Notes: generated from the letters alone by a model not told the origin. 64,000 nt of DNA from Octopus vulgaris (GCA_951406725.2 OX597823.1:6386001-6450000); one strand, 5' to 3'; shown: positions 12,845 to 27,125, counted from the first letter of the stretch. Program-made: numbers and translations.

Positions 12845-15455
12845 CGAAAAATGCCTTAGGAATGAGAACCCAGGCTGGAAATTTCCCCAAGGCACTTGAT
12901 GAAGGCTGGAGGGTATATCAGCCGTAAGGTTGTGTTACCAACAAACAAGATGAGGATAAATATCCGTCAAATGTAAATAATGTAAATAATGTACATATTT
13001 CCTCGTCTTTTAAATATAGAACTGTATTATCTAATCGGTACGGAGCCGATATTAGACTTCAGTGGAAACATAGGGGAACTGCATCAAAAAACTGGCTCGT
13101 CTTTCAAACCATCTGCGTTTCCTGTGTAGATGTAGAGACTCAAAGCTAATACCACCTGGCTTCAATATAATGACTCCAGTGGATTTATTTAAAGCTAGAA
13201 GCGTAACGGAAAGGGCAGAACATAACCTCATCCGTCAGACTATCGATTACCCGTTGGAAAAATCATCAACTAAATAACGAAATCAAAGATAGGTTGTCTT
13301 TATTTCTTAGGAATATAACCTGAGATGATGATAGAAAAAGAATCCAACAATATCTAGAAAAGAATTTTAAATGGTGACCACACGCCAGATTAAGAAGTTT
13401 ATGAAACTCAAAGCTCAAGCAGTACTAAACTAAGGTCTCAACTTTACGACAACCATCTAGCGCAGTCCATACTTGGACACAATAGCCCCTATTGAAGAGA
13501 TAGACACAAGGATACCAAAAGCTCAGAGAGATGAACTAAGGTGGAAAGTTAGACAGGTACTAGAATAAGCGAAACTTCCCAATCCAAACATCACTAAGGA
13601 AGAAAAGTTCGCTCTCAAAAGACTACAGAGTGTGAATTCCATCATAATACTTCCAGCGGACAAGGGAAAGGCTACAGTGGTGACGAACAAGTCTGACCAC
13701 TCTGAAAAATTGGCAAGCCTTATAAGTGATTGCAGCTACAGCAAGGGAAAGAAAGACCCAACTCTGAAAATAAAGAGGAAGTTGTCACATTTGTTGATCA
13801 AGAACAAGGATCACTTTGCAGTAATGAAGTACAGACAGCTGACCCAATACTACAGTAAAATAACACACATGCACATCCTCCCTACACGTTCAGCATGTCA
13901 TCCACTGAGCCGCTCCCTTATAATCAGTTCATTCGCAGGAAAGTCAACATCGTACGTGAAGAATTCCACCCTCTTCACAGAAATCATCAAGGACACCCCC
14001 ATTGAATCCAACCAGATGGTGAATCTAGATGTGATATGTTTGTTCACTCCTGAAGCACCATCGGTGATTCAAAGAAAACTATTGACAGAAACACATAAAA
14101 AAAAACGGGCTAGTATACCAATAAGAAACCTGATCGAAATGTTGACCTTCTGTGTAGAAACTACTTACTTCAGTATGAACACTGATATATATCGACAAGG
14201 AAAGGGTTTAGCTATGGGTTCGCCAATATCACAGATAATAGACAACATATACATGGAATACTTTGAGAATTTGGCTTTAGGATGAACACCACTAAAACTC
14301 ACCCTATGGCTGCCATATGTTGATGAAACCCTTATATTCTGGCCTTACCACGAAGATGTCCATGTACTGATAGACCATGAGAACTCAATAAAGCCGTCCA
14401 TACAGTCCACAATGAAAATAAGACAATCAGTTAGCATTCCTATACGTGTTAATAACAAGCACAAAGTATGGATTCAGGACATCCTTGTACCGCAAGCCGA
14501 CATTCACTGTACGATAACTCAACTTCAATTACCACGATCCATACAGTGTAAAGAGAGGGGTTGCCCAGTGCCTGAAACATCGAGCAAAGAATATAAGCAG
14601 TGATCGTGATACACACCACGAAGAAATGATCAAGCTCAACAACGATCTGTTAAGCAACGACTACCCCCAAAACATACTATCCACTCCAATTATGAAGAAA
14701 GAAGAGGATAGACCAATAAATTGCCCACAGTCTGCCTACATTATTCGAAAGATCTCACCGAAAAGATACAAAAGATATGCGGCTCATACGACATCAGGAC
14801 AGTATTCAAGAGTAATACAACACTTTGCAAATATCCCCTTCGAGTAAAACCACCAATAGAAGAGAATATGACCAAATACAGCGTGTACTCCATCCCATGC
14901 AGCTGTGGTAGGTTATACAAGGAGAAACATGCCTCCCCCTTATAATAAGGGTAGATGAACATCGCAAAGCTGTGACATGAGGAGATATTGATAAATCGGG
15001 TATAGCAGATCATGTATGGAACAATGGGGAACACCCCCTCCCTGTGGGATGAAGTTAAAATAATAGACAGAGAACACCACTGGAGTATACGAAAACTAAA
15101 AGAAGCGGCACATGTGCTAGGATGCAACAACATCCTAAGCAAACCGAGTGCAGATATGAGTAGCAGCATATGGATAGGAAAGAAAAATATTAGATTTCTA
15201 AGCCCTAAAATTCACTCCATAATTGCCCACGGGCATATGGCGTAGTGGTTAAAAGCGCGGCGTGCTAACCCCAATAATTGTAGTCAAAAATATCTTAGAA
15301 AAGAGAACCCAGGTTCGAAATTTTCTCAAGACACCTAGGGAAGGCTGGAGGGTATATCAGCCGAAACGTTGTGTTAAGAACAAACAAGATGAAGATAAAT
15401 AACCGTTAAATGTAAATAATGGACATAATTTCACATCTCTTAAATATAGAACAGT
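12845..15455 (+). mobile_element. Decayed Penelope-like element (RT + GIY-YIG) with direct terminal repeats
   Basis: ILPADKG, AMGSPIS, NIYMEYFE, YRKP and VYSIPCSCG motifs; ~170-nt direct repeats at ~12845-13028 and ~15286-15455. Confidence 0.85.
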
Positions 15456-17080
15456 ATCTTAAACTCTGTTTAGCGCAGAGTTATCGGTCTAAGGTTATCT
15501 AATGTGTCCTCCTTGTTTTCGTCTTTCTCTATCATCTTCCCCGGTTCACAGAACTGGGAATACGCCGGTTCTATTTCCAGTTATAGCAGGGCATTTCGGG
15601 TAGATCGGAGAACAAACCCGGCATGTATATACGTATTCAACACAATCACAACCTGCGTCTCAGATACTGTTGCAATCCCCCACAAACAGTAAAGGCCTAG
15701 TTATATATATATAAAGGCTTCCAAACATAAATCCGGCCATTTGGCTCCGGTGTGCGCAAAGACGACCACCACTCTAATTACACTACCTTCACGATTACTC
15801 ACTCCAGGGCCAACGGCTTATAGTCTGGGTCCCGGAAGATCATCTTTACCTCGGGATCCAGGTCATTCCTGCATATAACTGCCACTCACCTCCCTTTCGC
15901 GCCCGAGTAACAGACGAGAATTGGGGCAAGAGCTAAAATGTTGGAAATTCTAATCACATGACAGCAATTACGTAAAATTCTAAAGAACCGAGGTCTTTGG
16001 GCAGACTACCCTGCTTTCAGGCCTCAAAAATTTAAATTTCCTACTCTTAATATGGTCATATCCCTAAGCTAAAACGAGTGAGAAAAGTCTAACGTAACTC
16101 TCGGTGTCTTGTGTTGGTCAATTTGTTCGACTTTTATAATTGGTGAAGGTTTTGGAGGGAAACTCTTTGAATGTCTCCATCTGGGTTGACGTGTCGGGCC
16201 CCAACGTCCTGAGGAAAGCTCATTTGAATTCTTGTGTTGGAATCGAGCGGCATTCGCCCCGGAAACAAGTCTTTTCTTACGTTAAAGGTTTCAAATCTCA
16301 CCCCCACTGTTTCAACTTCAGCGCTTTGTGATACGAGGCCTGTTAGTTTCCTATTGACTCTTCTGATAAGTACGAATTTGAGTATTTGTAGTTGATGTGG
16401 TTGTATTTGTTTGCCTGAGATTGGTGGTGGTTGTAAATTTGTTGTTGTTGTTCCGGTCTTCTTTGTGTTTTCTGCGACTGTGATGTCTGCAGTTTCAGAT
16501 ATTTTTGTGTTTGTTCTTGTGTCTGTTTAGATTGTGTTTGGGGGATTCTGGTGATAGTGGTGGTGTTGGTTGTGTTGGTGTTGCTGCTATTTTTGAGGTG
16601 TTTGCGCGGGTGGTGTTTGTATTTTTTATTGTGGGTGTTGTTATGCTCTGAGGAGGTTTTATTTTGTGCTTCCTTTTGGGTTTTGGCATTTGCTTTTCCT
16701 TTATCTTCACTATAACAAGATGAGGAATCAGTGGCTGTAAATGTGTTTTGGCTGTAAATGTGTTTTGGCTGTAACTGTGACTGTGTCTGTCTCTATGTTT
16801 ATATTCTTATTAATGTATGTATTTATTGGTGTGTGGTGTGAGTGAGACCTTTCCTCGTTTCTCACTATGGTGGTTAATGTATTTGGTGGTGTTTCATTTG
16901 TTGCTGGTGATTTTTCCGGTGCTGCTGTTTATTGGTTGTGGTCCGCATCCTGGCGTAGATAGCAGTGGAAGCTTTCCATCCCTTGGACTTTTTATCGGTT
17001 GAGGGTAGAGGACTTGCAAATGTGAAAGTCCTCCACAAATGGAACAATGCGTCCTTTCTCCCTCAGACATCATATGCAAT

Positions 17081-17305
17081 ACCTATTTCTTTACAACCCA
17101 CAACCCACAGAGAGGACAAACAAGGGCAGACACACGGATTAAGTCGATTATATCGATCCCAGTGCGTAACTGGTACTTATTTAATCGACCCCGAAAGGAT
17201 GAAAGGCAAAGTCAACCTCGGCGGAATTTGAACTCAGAACGTAACGGCAGACGAAATACGGCTACGCATTTCGCCCGGCGTGCTAACGTTTCTGCCAGCC
17301 CGCCG
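17081..17305 (-). mobile_element. SINE family A
   Basis: Reverse complement of 11195-11422. Confidence 0.85.
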
Positions 17306-17877
17306 GCCTGTTTTGGAGACTGATCGGGTTCGTGATTCTTTTAAAGTTTTCGGGCTTGATCTGGAGAAGTATCTCCATATGCACTCCGAGCCTGTCCTCC
17401 CTAACAATTTTTGTCCCCTCTGTCGGGACGGTATCTCATCCTTGCTCGATTACGCATCCCAGAAGCCACCACAAGTCAAGACCTGCTGGAATCCTGGGAA
17501 AGCGGAAACACGCTACTTTTTGCCCTTATGAGATGGATAAATAATGACTTTGCTGATTTTGCAAGGAGACATTGAGAGCTTAATAGCGAGGAATTCTGAC
17601 TTCGGAAGCCCCTAAGTGGTGCCGTATTGTCTGTCTCTCACTATATATTCAGTATCTCCTCTCAGTACAGCTTCAATATATGCCTGTGCTATTATTGCTT
17701 GTTATTTTGTATCTGCTGAGATGTATCTGAAATGAACCGTTTTTATCTCCATTGCTACAGTTGCCTGTTCTCGTATGGGTAAGTTGGCCCACTTTGCTCA
17801 GACACGATGAGCTTCTAGGCTTGAGCAAACTCTTCCACTTTCTGTGAGAGATCTATGCTGTAACGTTGTTTTGTCTT

Positions 17878-18393
17878 GGTATAAAAGATGGACTACAGCA
17901 AATATTCTGCTCAATACCACAGATTTGCTTGTGAGTTGTTTGACCTTAACTAGTCGACCATGTCCCTTAGTGGCTGACGATATGTGCATCTCTGATCACG
18001 AGCAGAAGTTGTGGGGGAGCATCATAGCCATGTGTTGAAAAGAATTCTTGGAGGTTTGGATATGTCATCATTGGAAACATGGATGCTTCGTTCAACATCC
18101 TTCAACAATTCTTATTCAGGGACCTTTTGAGCGGGATGGGTTACTTGACCAGAAGAAAATTCTAACTGGGCCCCACCAGCAATGTCATGCACTGTTTATC
18201 ATGATATGAGATCACCATGTTGCGCACATATGGTTGTGATGCATGTGCCTGGTGTACCCTTATCAGACGGGTTGTCATGGTGGGTATACTGGGCTTCATA
18301 TATTTTACCCCAGTGTCACTTTGATGACATACACTGCTCTCTCACTCGATAATAATAATGATAATAAAAATAATAATAATAATAATAATAATA

Positions 18394-18444
<51 letters not shown>

Positions 18445-18930
18445 ATGATGATAATAATGGTATAAAAGATGGGCTACAGCAAATATTCTGCTCAATACCA
18501 CAGATTTGCTTGTCAGTTGTTTGACCTTAACCAGTTGAGCATGTCCCTTAGTGGCTGACGATACGTGCATCTCTGATCACGAGCAGAAGTAGTGGGGGAG
18601 CATCATAGCCATGTGTTGAGAGGGATTCTTTGGGGTTTGAATAATTCACCTCTGGAAACATGGGTGGTTCTTTCAACATCCTTAAACAACCCTTATTCAG
18701 GGACTTTTTGAGCGGGATGGGCTACTCAACCTGAAGAAAATTCTAACTGGGCCCCACCTGCAAGGTCATGAGTTGTTTATCTTGATATGAGATCACCATG
18801 TCGCGCACATATGGTTGTGATGCATGTGCCTGGTGTACCCTTTATCAGACGGGTAGTCAAGATGAGTATATTGGGCTTCGTATATTTTACCCCAGTGTCA
18901 CATTGATGGCATGAACTGCTCTCTCACTCA
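17878..18930. repeat. Two diverged copies of a ~470-nt interspersed repeat (17878-18349, 18459-18930) separated by (AAT)n/(GAT)n
   Basis: Both begin GGTATAAAAGATGG and end CTCTCTCACTC followed by (AAT)n. Confidence 0.8.
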
Positions 18931-19354
18931 ATAATAATAATACAGCATTTGCTGTATAGATACAGCAAGAAAACATCACAATCGATCACAAATTTACGAA
19001 CGATTCAGTCAGTTAAGAATTCGATAGTTCGGGAAATGTATGAATGAATGCGAATGTGTGTGAGAGCGTGTCAGTGTGTTTAAGACAGTGTTGGTGTGTG
19101 TGCGTGTAGTATTGTGTTGTTGTCGTAGTTTTCGTAAAAATCTCCATCCTATCATCACCTCTTTCTCCTTTTTCTTATGCTAATCTATTTCTTTCACAGC
19201 ATCTACTCTTTTGTTTCTTCATCTCAGACTTTTAATAATTTATCCCTTGTTTCATGCCAGTTCTTTCCAACGTTTTCCACCTCAACTCGTATATTGTTTG
19301 TTAATCTTTGAGGAATGTTTTTCATTGTAAAATAAAAATTGTCATCCTTAACTA

Positions 19355-19880
19355 ATTCTTCTTGTAACAATTCTTCTTCTTCTTCTTCTTCTCCTTCTCA
19401 TTCTCCTTCTTCTTCTTCTTATTGTTGTTGTTGTTGTTCTTCTTCTTCTTCTTCTTCTTCTTCTTCTTCTGCTCCGCCTCCTTCGTCTTCTTCTTCGTCT
19501 TCTTCTTCGTCTTCTTCTTCTTCTTCTTCTTCTTCTTCTTCTCCCGTCTTCTTCTTCTTCTTCTCCTCCTCCTTCCTCCCCTCCTCCTCTCCATCCTCCT
19601 CCTCCTCCTCCTTCTTCTTCTTCTTCTTCTTCTCCTCCTCCTTCTTTTTCTCCCCCCTCCCCTCCTTCCTCCCCTCCTCCTCTCCATCCTCCTCCTCCTC
19701 CTCCTCCTTCTTCTTCTTCTCCTCCTTCTTTTTCTCCTCCTCCTCCTCCTCCTCTTCCTTCTTCTTCTTCTTCTTCTTCGTTTTTTTCTTCTTCTCCTCC
19801 TCCTTCTTTTTCTTTTTCTGCTTTTTCTTCTTCGTCTTCTTCTTCTCCTCCTCCTCCTTCTTTTTCTTCTTTTTTTGTTT
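19355..19880. repeat. Compound (TTC)n/(TCC)n polypyrimidine tract
   Basis: Direct reading. Confidence 0.9.
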
Positions 19881-20212
19881 CCTACATACACAATCGTCAA
19901 TGAAATCATTATCATCACAACAAAGTCTGCGAATCTCCATCATTTTCACAACGATCAAAATTAACAGCATCACCCCATCATCAGCGTCATACCATCATCA
20001 GCCTCATATCATCATCATCAACACTCCCACAATTATTTCCTCTCCACTTCCACATCATCATACTCATCACTGCCCTCATCCCACCCAACGATATCTACAA
20101 CATCATCATCAAGTTCATCATGATGATAATCTACCTTTCATACCTTCCATCATCCATTTGTTTAGTCACAAATTTCTCCCATAAATGTTTTTAACTCAAT
20201 TCTGTGTTCCAG

Positions 20213-20284
20213 GTATTTGGTGTATAATGCGATCTCAGAAATCAAAGCAGGAACCTTCCGAAATCTTCCCACTTTAACCTATCT
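20213..20284 (+). CDS. 72-nt LRR exon, class A: YLVYNAISEIKAGTFRNLPTLTYL
   Basis: ttccag|...CT|gtaagt. Confidence 0.9.
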
Positions 20285-20589
20285 GTAAGTTGAATCAGCC
20301 TACGTTTATAGTATTTCACTGACGATGTCTTTCTGCATCTGTAATGACTTTCTATAGTTGCAAAATATATTTTGTGAATGTATCTGAGTGTGAGTGTGGG
20401 CCCATTTCTGCGATGTGAGATATATGAGAGCGTGATACTTGAGGGGAAACATTCAGTATATGCATGTGTAAGTCTCTATGTGTGGATGCGAGTGTATATG
20501 TGTATATTACATAGGGTGTTTAAATGTAGATCGAAGCTAAATAACATCCTCGAATAACCCTTGTAGATGTATATATGATTCATACCCTT

Positions 20590-20990
20590 AGGCGCAGGAG
20601 TGGCTGTGTGGTAAGTAGCTTGTTTACCAACCACGTGGTTCGGGGTTCAGTCCCACTACGTGGCACCTTGGGCAAGTATCTTCTACTATAGTCTCAGGCC
20701 GATCAAAGCTTTGTGAGTGGATTTGGTAGACGGAGTCTGAAAGAAGCCCGTCGTATATATGTATATATATATATATATATGCGTGTGTGTGTATATGTTT
20801 GTCTGTGTTTGTCCTCTTAGCATTGCTTGACAACCAATGCTGGTGTGTTTATGTTCCCGTTACTTAGCAGTTCGGCAAAAGAGACCGATAGAATAAGTAC
20901 AGGGCTTACAACAGAATAAGTCCCGGGGTCGAGTTGCTCGACTAAAGGCGGTGCTCCAGCATGGCCGCAGTCTCACACAAGTGAAAGAGT
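20590..20990 (+). mobile_element. tRNA-derived SINE, family B (internal TA/TG microsatellite)
   Basis: GGCGCAGGAGTGGCTGTGTGG...GGTTCAGTCC head, ACCTTGGGCAAG core, GGCGGTGCTCCAGCATGGCCGCAG tail. Confidence 0.85.
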
Positions 20991-21249
20991 TATTTTTCAT
21001 AATATACTTTAGCGGTTCTTGTTTTTTCTCCTACTTTTATTTTTCTTCTCATTGTTTTCCTTCTCGTTGTTCTCCTTCTCATTGTTCTTCTTCTCCTCCT
21101 GTTCTTCCCTCTTCTCCTTCCCTTCTTTTTCCTCATAAGTCTGTCCTCTTCATTTCCTGTTGATGTAATTGTTGCTTTCGTGGACATTTTACATATTCTT
21201 CGTTATATGCTCCTCCTTTTCGTCATCTCCTGCTTTCCCTACGTTTTCA

Positions 21250-22130
21250 GCTTCTTCTTCTTTTTCTCTTCTTCTGCATCTTCTTCTGTATGGTTTTCTT
21301 CCCCATCTTCTTCACATTTTATTTCTTCTTCTTCTTCTTCTTCTTCTTCTTCTTCTTCTTCTTCTTCTTCTTCTGCTTCTCCTTCTTCTTCTTCTTCTTC
21401 TTCTTCTTCTTCTTCTGCTTCTCCTTCTTCTTCTTCTTCTTCTTCTTCTTCTTCTTCTTCTTCTTCTTCTTCTTCTTCTTCTTCTTCTTCTCATTCTTCT
21501 TCTTCGTCTCCCTTTTTCATCTTCTTCTTCTTCTTCTTCTTCTCATTCTTCTTCTTCGTCTCCTTTTTTCATCTTCTTCATCATCTTCTTCTTCTTCTTC
21601 TTCTTCTTCTTCTTCTCCTCCTCCTTCTTCTTCGTCTCCCTTTTTAATCTTCTTCTTCTTCTTCTTTTTTTCTTCTTCTCCTACTTCTCCTCCTCCTCCT
21701 CCTTCTTCTTCTTCTTCTTCTTATTCTTCTCCTTCTTCTTCTTCGTCTCCCTTTTTCATCTTCTTCTTCTCTTCTTCTTCTCCTCCTTCTCCTCCTCCCC
21801 CTCCTCCTCTTCCTTCTTCTTCTTCTTCTTCTTCTCCTTCTTCTTCTTCGTCTCCCTTTTTCAACCTCTTCTTCTTCTTCATCTTCTCCTTCTCCTCTTC
21901 CTCCTCCTTCTTCTGCTTCTTATTCTCATTCTTCTTCTTCGTCTCCCTTTTTCATCTTCTTCTTCTTCTTCTTCTTCTTCTTCTCCTCCTTCTCCTTCTC
22001 CTCCTCCTCCTCCTCCTTCTTCTTCTTCTTCTTCTTCTTCTTCTTCTTCTACTCCTTCTTCTTCGTCTCCCTTTTTCATCTTCTGCTTCTTCTTCTACTT
22101 CGTATTCTTCATTTACTCTTCTGCTTCTTC
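21250..22130. repeat. Long (TTC)n-based polypyrimidine tract with a recurring CGTCTCCCTTTTT unit
   Basis: Direct reading. Confidence 0.9.
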
Positions 22131-22525
22131 ATCCAGTTTTTCTACTTATCTCATTCTTCTTGTTGTTGTTGCTCTTCTTTTTTTGTCTTCTTTTATTTCT
22201 TCCTGTACCTTTTAATTCCTTCATTTCCAAATTTCTTCCTCCCAGACCTTGTAATCATTTGCTTCTTCTTATTGCTTTTCCTTTCTTTTTCCCATTTTCT
22301 TTCCTTAGCCATTTTCTTTTCTCTTTCCTTCTACTCCAACCCCACCTGCTCTTCTACGACTTCTACGTCCCCTATTTATTCTCCTCCTCTTACTTCACTT
22401 TCTTCTTCCAAAATATCTCGTCTCTAATTTCTTTCACATCACGTTTCTCTTGAATTCTGCTTGTTCGCTTTCTCTTCAAGAATCAGTCTCTTACACATAA
22501 TATTTAATTCAATTTATTTTGACAG

Positions 22526-22597
22526 GCATTTGGGTAATAATAATCTCCAGGAAATCCAAACAGAAACATTCCGGAATCTTTCCAGTTTAACAAAACT
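22526..22597 (+). CDS. 72-nt LRR exon, class B: HLGNNNLQEIQTETFRNLSSLTKL
   Basis: tgacag|...CT|gtaggt. Confidence 0.9.
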
Positions 22598-22809
22598 GTA
22601 GGTTGAATATTTCATTTTTATATTACTTCATTGGCGATATATTGCTAATTATGTAACGAGTTCCCATCCTTCATTTTAATTTCCTTCACTCGCCTTTAAC
22701 TATTCTAACATTTTCTGTCCAAAGAGTGTGTTACTGAGAGTGTGATAATTGAGGGAAATCCCGCATCGCATGCATGTATATATGTGTGTGTGTGTATATA
22801 TATATATAC

Positions 22810-22864
<55 letters not shown>

Positions 22865-22904
22865 TGTATGTATGTATGTATGTATATGTATATATACATA
22901 TATA

Positions 22905-23109
22905 AATTAGAAAAAAACACCTTTTATCAATTCAATAATGAAAAATTAAATTACACCATCTATAAAATTACATATTATAGAAAAATTAAAAATAAGATAT
23001 ATTTTTTTATCTTATCTTATTTAAAATTTTTCTATAATATGTAATTATCTAGATGGTGTAATTTAATTTTTCATTATTGAATTGATAAAAGGTGTTTTTT
23101 CGCTAATTT
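22905..23109. repeat. Long AT-rich inverted repeat (foldback/MITE-like)
   Basis: Arms of ~95 nt: AAAAAACACCTTTTATCAATTCAATAATG... / ...CATTATTGAATTGATAAAAGGTGTTTTTT. Confidence 0.85.
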
Positions 23110-23224
23110 ATATATATCTATATTATACTTTGTGAAATTTGATTAAGTATTTCTAAATTGAATTTTTCCCTGTAAGTTGGGAATAATATTCCCTCAAATT
23201 ATCATTATATGTATATATATATTT

Positions 23225-23296
<72 letters not shown>

Positions 23297-23973
23297 ATGT
23301 TTGTGTAAAGGGGTATCTCTCTGTTTGTGTATGAATGTGATTATGTGAGTGTTTCAACATGTGTGTGTAATGCGGACGGTGTATCATATATCATGTTTAC
23401 CTCTCGATCACCGCTTATTACTCTTCCCCTCCAACTCCACCGCCTTCTCCTCCTTCTACAGAAACAATGCAATAGCTGGAAAAAACAGCAGGTTATACTA
23501 CTACTACTACTACTACTACTCCTTAAACTACGCAGAAGCGGCAGCAGCAGCAGCAGTAGTAGTAGTAGCAGCAGCAGTAGTAGCAGTAGCAGCAGCAACT
23601 GTAGTAGTTGCCCATACATACACAATGCGCGCTTACGCGAATACTATGAACATTTTTACTCCCTTACTTTTACTCCCTCTCCTCACTTAGCGGTCACTCA
23701 AATAGCTCTTCTGTCTTTATAACTGTCAATCACACAGTAATTTCCCTTTGTTTAACGGTCATTATCATAGCGTTTTTCCGATGGCCAGATAACTGAAGTG
23801 ATGGCGGCGTGGGTTTCCGCTCCGGCATCTGATTTGTGGAGTTTTATCATGGCTGCCGAATAATTATCACATATTACATTTACAGATAAATGCCTCTATT
23901 TACATAATATCGAGGTCTCTTTCATTCTTTTGTTGTCTTACCATTTCTTTCAATATATATATATAATATATTC

Positions 23974-24006
<33 letters not shown>

Positions 24007-24197
24007 CGTGATCACGTGACCGACCGGGCTATCAGATGTTGCTATACATCGCTGGTCACAATGCGCTTGGCATTGTTTTAGCCTTCAAATGACGCCACAA
24101 TATATATTATATTTTGTGAAATTTGAGTTAGTATTTCTAAGTTGAATTTTCCCCTGTAAGTTAGGAATAATATTCCCTCAAATTATTATTATTATTA

Positions 24198-24300
<103 letters not shown>

Positions 24301-24995
24301 TATTTGTTTGTTTATTCATATACATATATATGTATATATATGTGTGTGTATATACACATATATATATATATGCATATATATGTATATGTATTATTGTGTG
24401 TGTGTATAAATATCAACGATAATTATCACAAAGGACTCTACTTTCCAATTGTATATTTAGTACTCCTTCTTCTACTTCTTCTTCTCTTTCTTCTTTCCTT
24501 TCCTCTCGCTCCTATTTATTTTCCTTTTATTTTCATCCATTTCACATTTTTTCACTTCTTAAAATTATTCTATGCATTTTACTTCTGCTTCATTATCGTC
24601 ATCCTCTTCTTCGTTTTCTACTCATCCTTGTGATTTTTAGCTTATTTTAGATTTCCTCCCACATCATCGTATTTTACATTTCGTATTTCCGGTTTTCCCA
24701 CACCTGTTAATCTTTTGCTTCTTGTTATTGTTCTTGTTCTTATCCTGTCGTTTTGTTTTCCTCAGCCTTCTCTTTGTTTCTCTTCTGCTTCAACCCCACC
24801 TGCCCTGCTCTTCTACGACTTTTCCGTTTTCTTTTTTTCTCCCCCACCCCCTTCACTTTTTTCAAATTTTAAACGTTTTTCAGTCTGCCGTCTCTAAATT
24901 CTCTCTCATCACGTTTCTCCTGAATTTTGCTTGTTCTTGATTCCATAAAGAATCAGTCCCTTGTACAGAATATTTAACTCAATTATTTTTGACAG

Positions 24996-25067
24996 GAATT
25001 TGGCTGGTAATAATCTCAAAGGAATCCCAGTAGAAACATTCCGAAATCTTTCCAGTTTAACAGAACT
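24996..25067 (+). CDS. 72-nt LRR exon, class B: NLAGNNLKGIPVETFRNLSSLTEL
   Basis: tgacag|...CT|gtaagt. Confidence 0.9.
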
Positions 25068-25319
25068 GTAAGTTGAATAAATTTTTTTTTTTTATATTAC
25101 TTCATTGACGATACACAGAACCGCAAAAGAAACGCAATGTTTTCAAATGTCATTCTTATATGGTAAATTCTGAAAATTTATTTCGGGGATGTAAGTGTAA
25201 ATATTCCAAGATATGCTGGTTTAAGGCTGAAAACCTAATTGCAGGTAACCTTTCAACTTTCCCTGAAACAAGAAGCCAAAATGCAGTCAAAATGCCATGG
25301 GTGGAAATCGCATGCAATT

Positions 25320-25505
25320 GTCATGGAAACCGTGGCAACCATGTCAGAATCAGGTCTTTGACGGATGAAGATGATGAGCGTACGATGAACGAACCCGAGG
25401 AGATGTGTAAGGTTTATCACGAGCATTTCACCCAGCTGTTCGGGAGGGGCGGTGGGCCGGAGTGCAGGAAGGATCTCACAGACTTCCTCAACGGCATGCC
25501 GCGTT
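25320..25505 (+). mobile_element. Small L1/Tx1-like ORF2 fragment
   Basis: IRSLTDED...EEMCKVYHEHFTQLFG...DFLNGMPR resembles the EN-RT linker. Confidence 0.45.
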
Positions 25506-26262
25506 TTACGTATTCGACTTTCTCCTTCTACTCCATTTCTCCTCGTCTGCTTTTTGATGCTATTGTTGTTGTTTCTCCATTACTTGATCTTCTGAACCAG
25601 TCCCCCTCGATTCTTCTCTGTCTCCCTTCTCTTCTTTTCCTCTCCCACACTCTTCAAAATGTTCTCGGGGCTCTTTTTCTCTTTATTCATTCCGTTGTCT
25701 CAAAGTTCACATAACTTTTCTACCGCTGTTTTATATTTTCAATTCTTCATAATCAGTCTGGTCATATTCATCATCACCATCATCAATCATTATCAACCTC
25801 ACAAATATTTGCACCATCCACAGTATACTCATCACTCTGTTCATCATCACCTTTAACAGAAACATCACCAACACCACATTCATCATCAAAATCATCGTCA
25901 TCAACAACATAATTATCCTCATCAACATCATTATCACAAACATCATCATCACCATCATCAGCAACGGTAATCTTATCTTCATCAACACTACCAACGTCCG
26001 CCTGTCCTTATATTCATCAGAACCAACTCCACCACCTTCATCTTCTTCCTTCTACTCATCCTCGTCGTTGTTATTTTTTACTTGTTTCAGTCATTTGCCT
26101 GTGGTCATGCTGGAGCACAGCATTTAGTCGAGAAAATCGAACCCAGGACTTATTCTTTGTAAGCCTAGTACTTATTCTATCGGTCTCCGCTAAGTTACGG
26201 AGATGTAAACACACCAGCATCAATTGTCAAGCGATGTTGGAGGGACAAACACAGACACACAA

Positions 26263-26321
<59 letters not shown>

Positions 26322-26329
26322 TATATATA

Positions 26330-26696
26330 TCTCTCTCTATATAAACGGCAGTTTGTCTGTGCGTGTTTCTGTGTGTCTGTTTGCTTGTACCCTCACCCTG
26401 ACCACGGCTCTCAACCGATTCTGATGAAACTTGACACACACATAGCCCAATGTCATAATTCAAAACTAACGCAGCGAAAATTTTGAAAAGTTCCCCCAGT
26501 TCTGAAAAAAATCGATAAATTCGACATGGGGTCGAGAATCAGAAACACAAACCGCAAACTCCACCTTTTTTAACTAAAAAAAAAAAATTACCATAATTTT
26601 TTTCCATTTTTTTGCTATTTTTTGGCTATAACTCTCTAAAAATGCTTTATAGTTATTTCCCTTACAAACCTGAGCAACGCCGGGCGATACTGCTAG
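26330..26696 (+). mobile_element. Non-autonomous Helitron
   Basis: 5' TC; 3' hairpin CCTGAGCAACGCCGGG then CTAG; inserted at A|T; related to 49087-49516 and 62072-62377. Confidence 0.75.
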
Positions 26697-26925
26697 TATA
26701 TATATATACATATATATATATTGAAATAAAAACTTACTTGGAGAATAAGAAAATAACGAGTGGCGTTCAATCATATAATAACAATTTGGTAAATAAAACA
26801 TATGCATACATACATATATGTACATACCTACATCTATATGTATATATACATGCACATATATATATATATGAGTGCAGATGCATGTATATATACATTTAGA
26901 TGTTGGTATGTACATATATGTTATG

Positions 26926-27125
26926 TACGAAATGCTTAGCCGTATTTCGTCTGCGTTACGTTGTGAGTTCAAATTCCGCCGAGCTCGACTTTGTCTTTCA
27001 TTCTTTCGGGGTCGATAAATTAAGTACCAGTTACGCACTGGGGTCGATGTAATCGACTTAATCCCTATGTCTGTCCTTGTTTGTCCCCTCTGTGTTTAGC
27101 CCCTTGTGGGTAATAAAGAAATAGG
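26926..27125 (+). mobile_element. SINE family A, 5'-truncated
   Basis: Matches 11195-11422. Confidence 0.8.

Noticed and set aside
15460-17560. GC-richer segments that might be coding
   Set aside because: No sustained ORF or recognisable motif; probably old transposon remnants that I could not classify.
19339-22453. Long ORFs of poly-S/F/L/R/K/E (up to 387 aa)
   Set aside because: Translations of (TTC)n tracts, open only because the repeat lacks stop codons.
23165-24165. CCCTGTAAGTT motifs at ~23168 and ~24152 resembling the LRR exon donor
   Set aside because: The preceding 72 nt have no LRR consensus or matching acceptor; part of a TA-flanked repeat.
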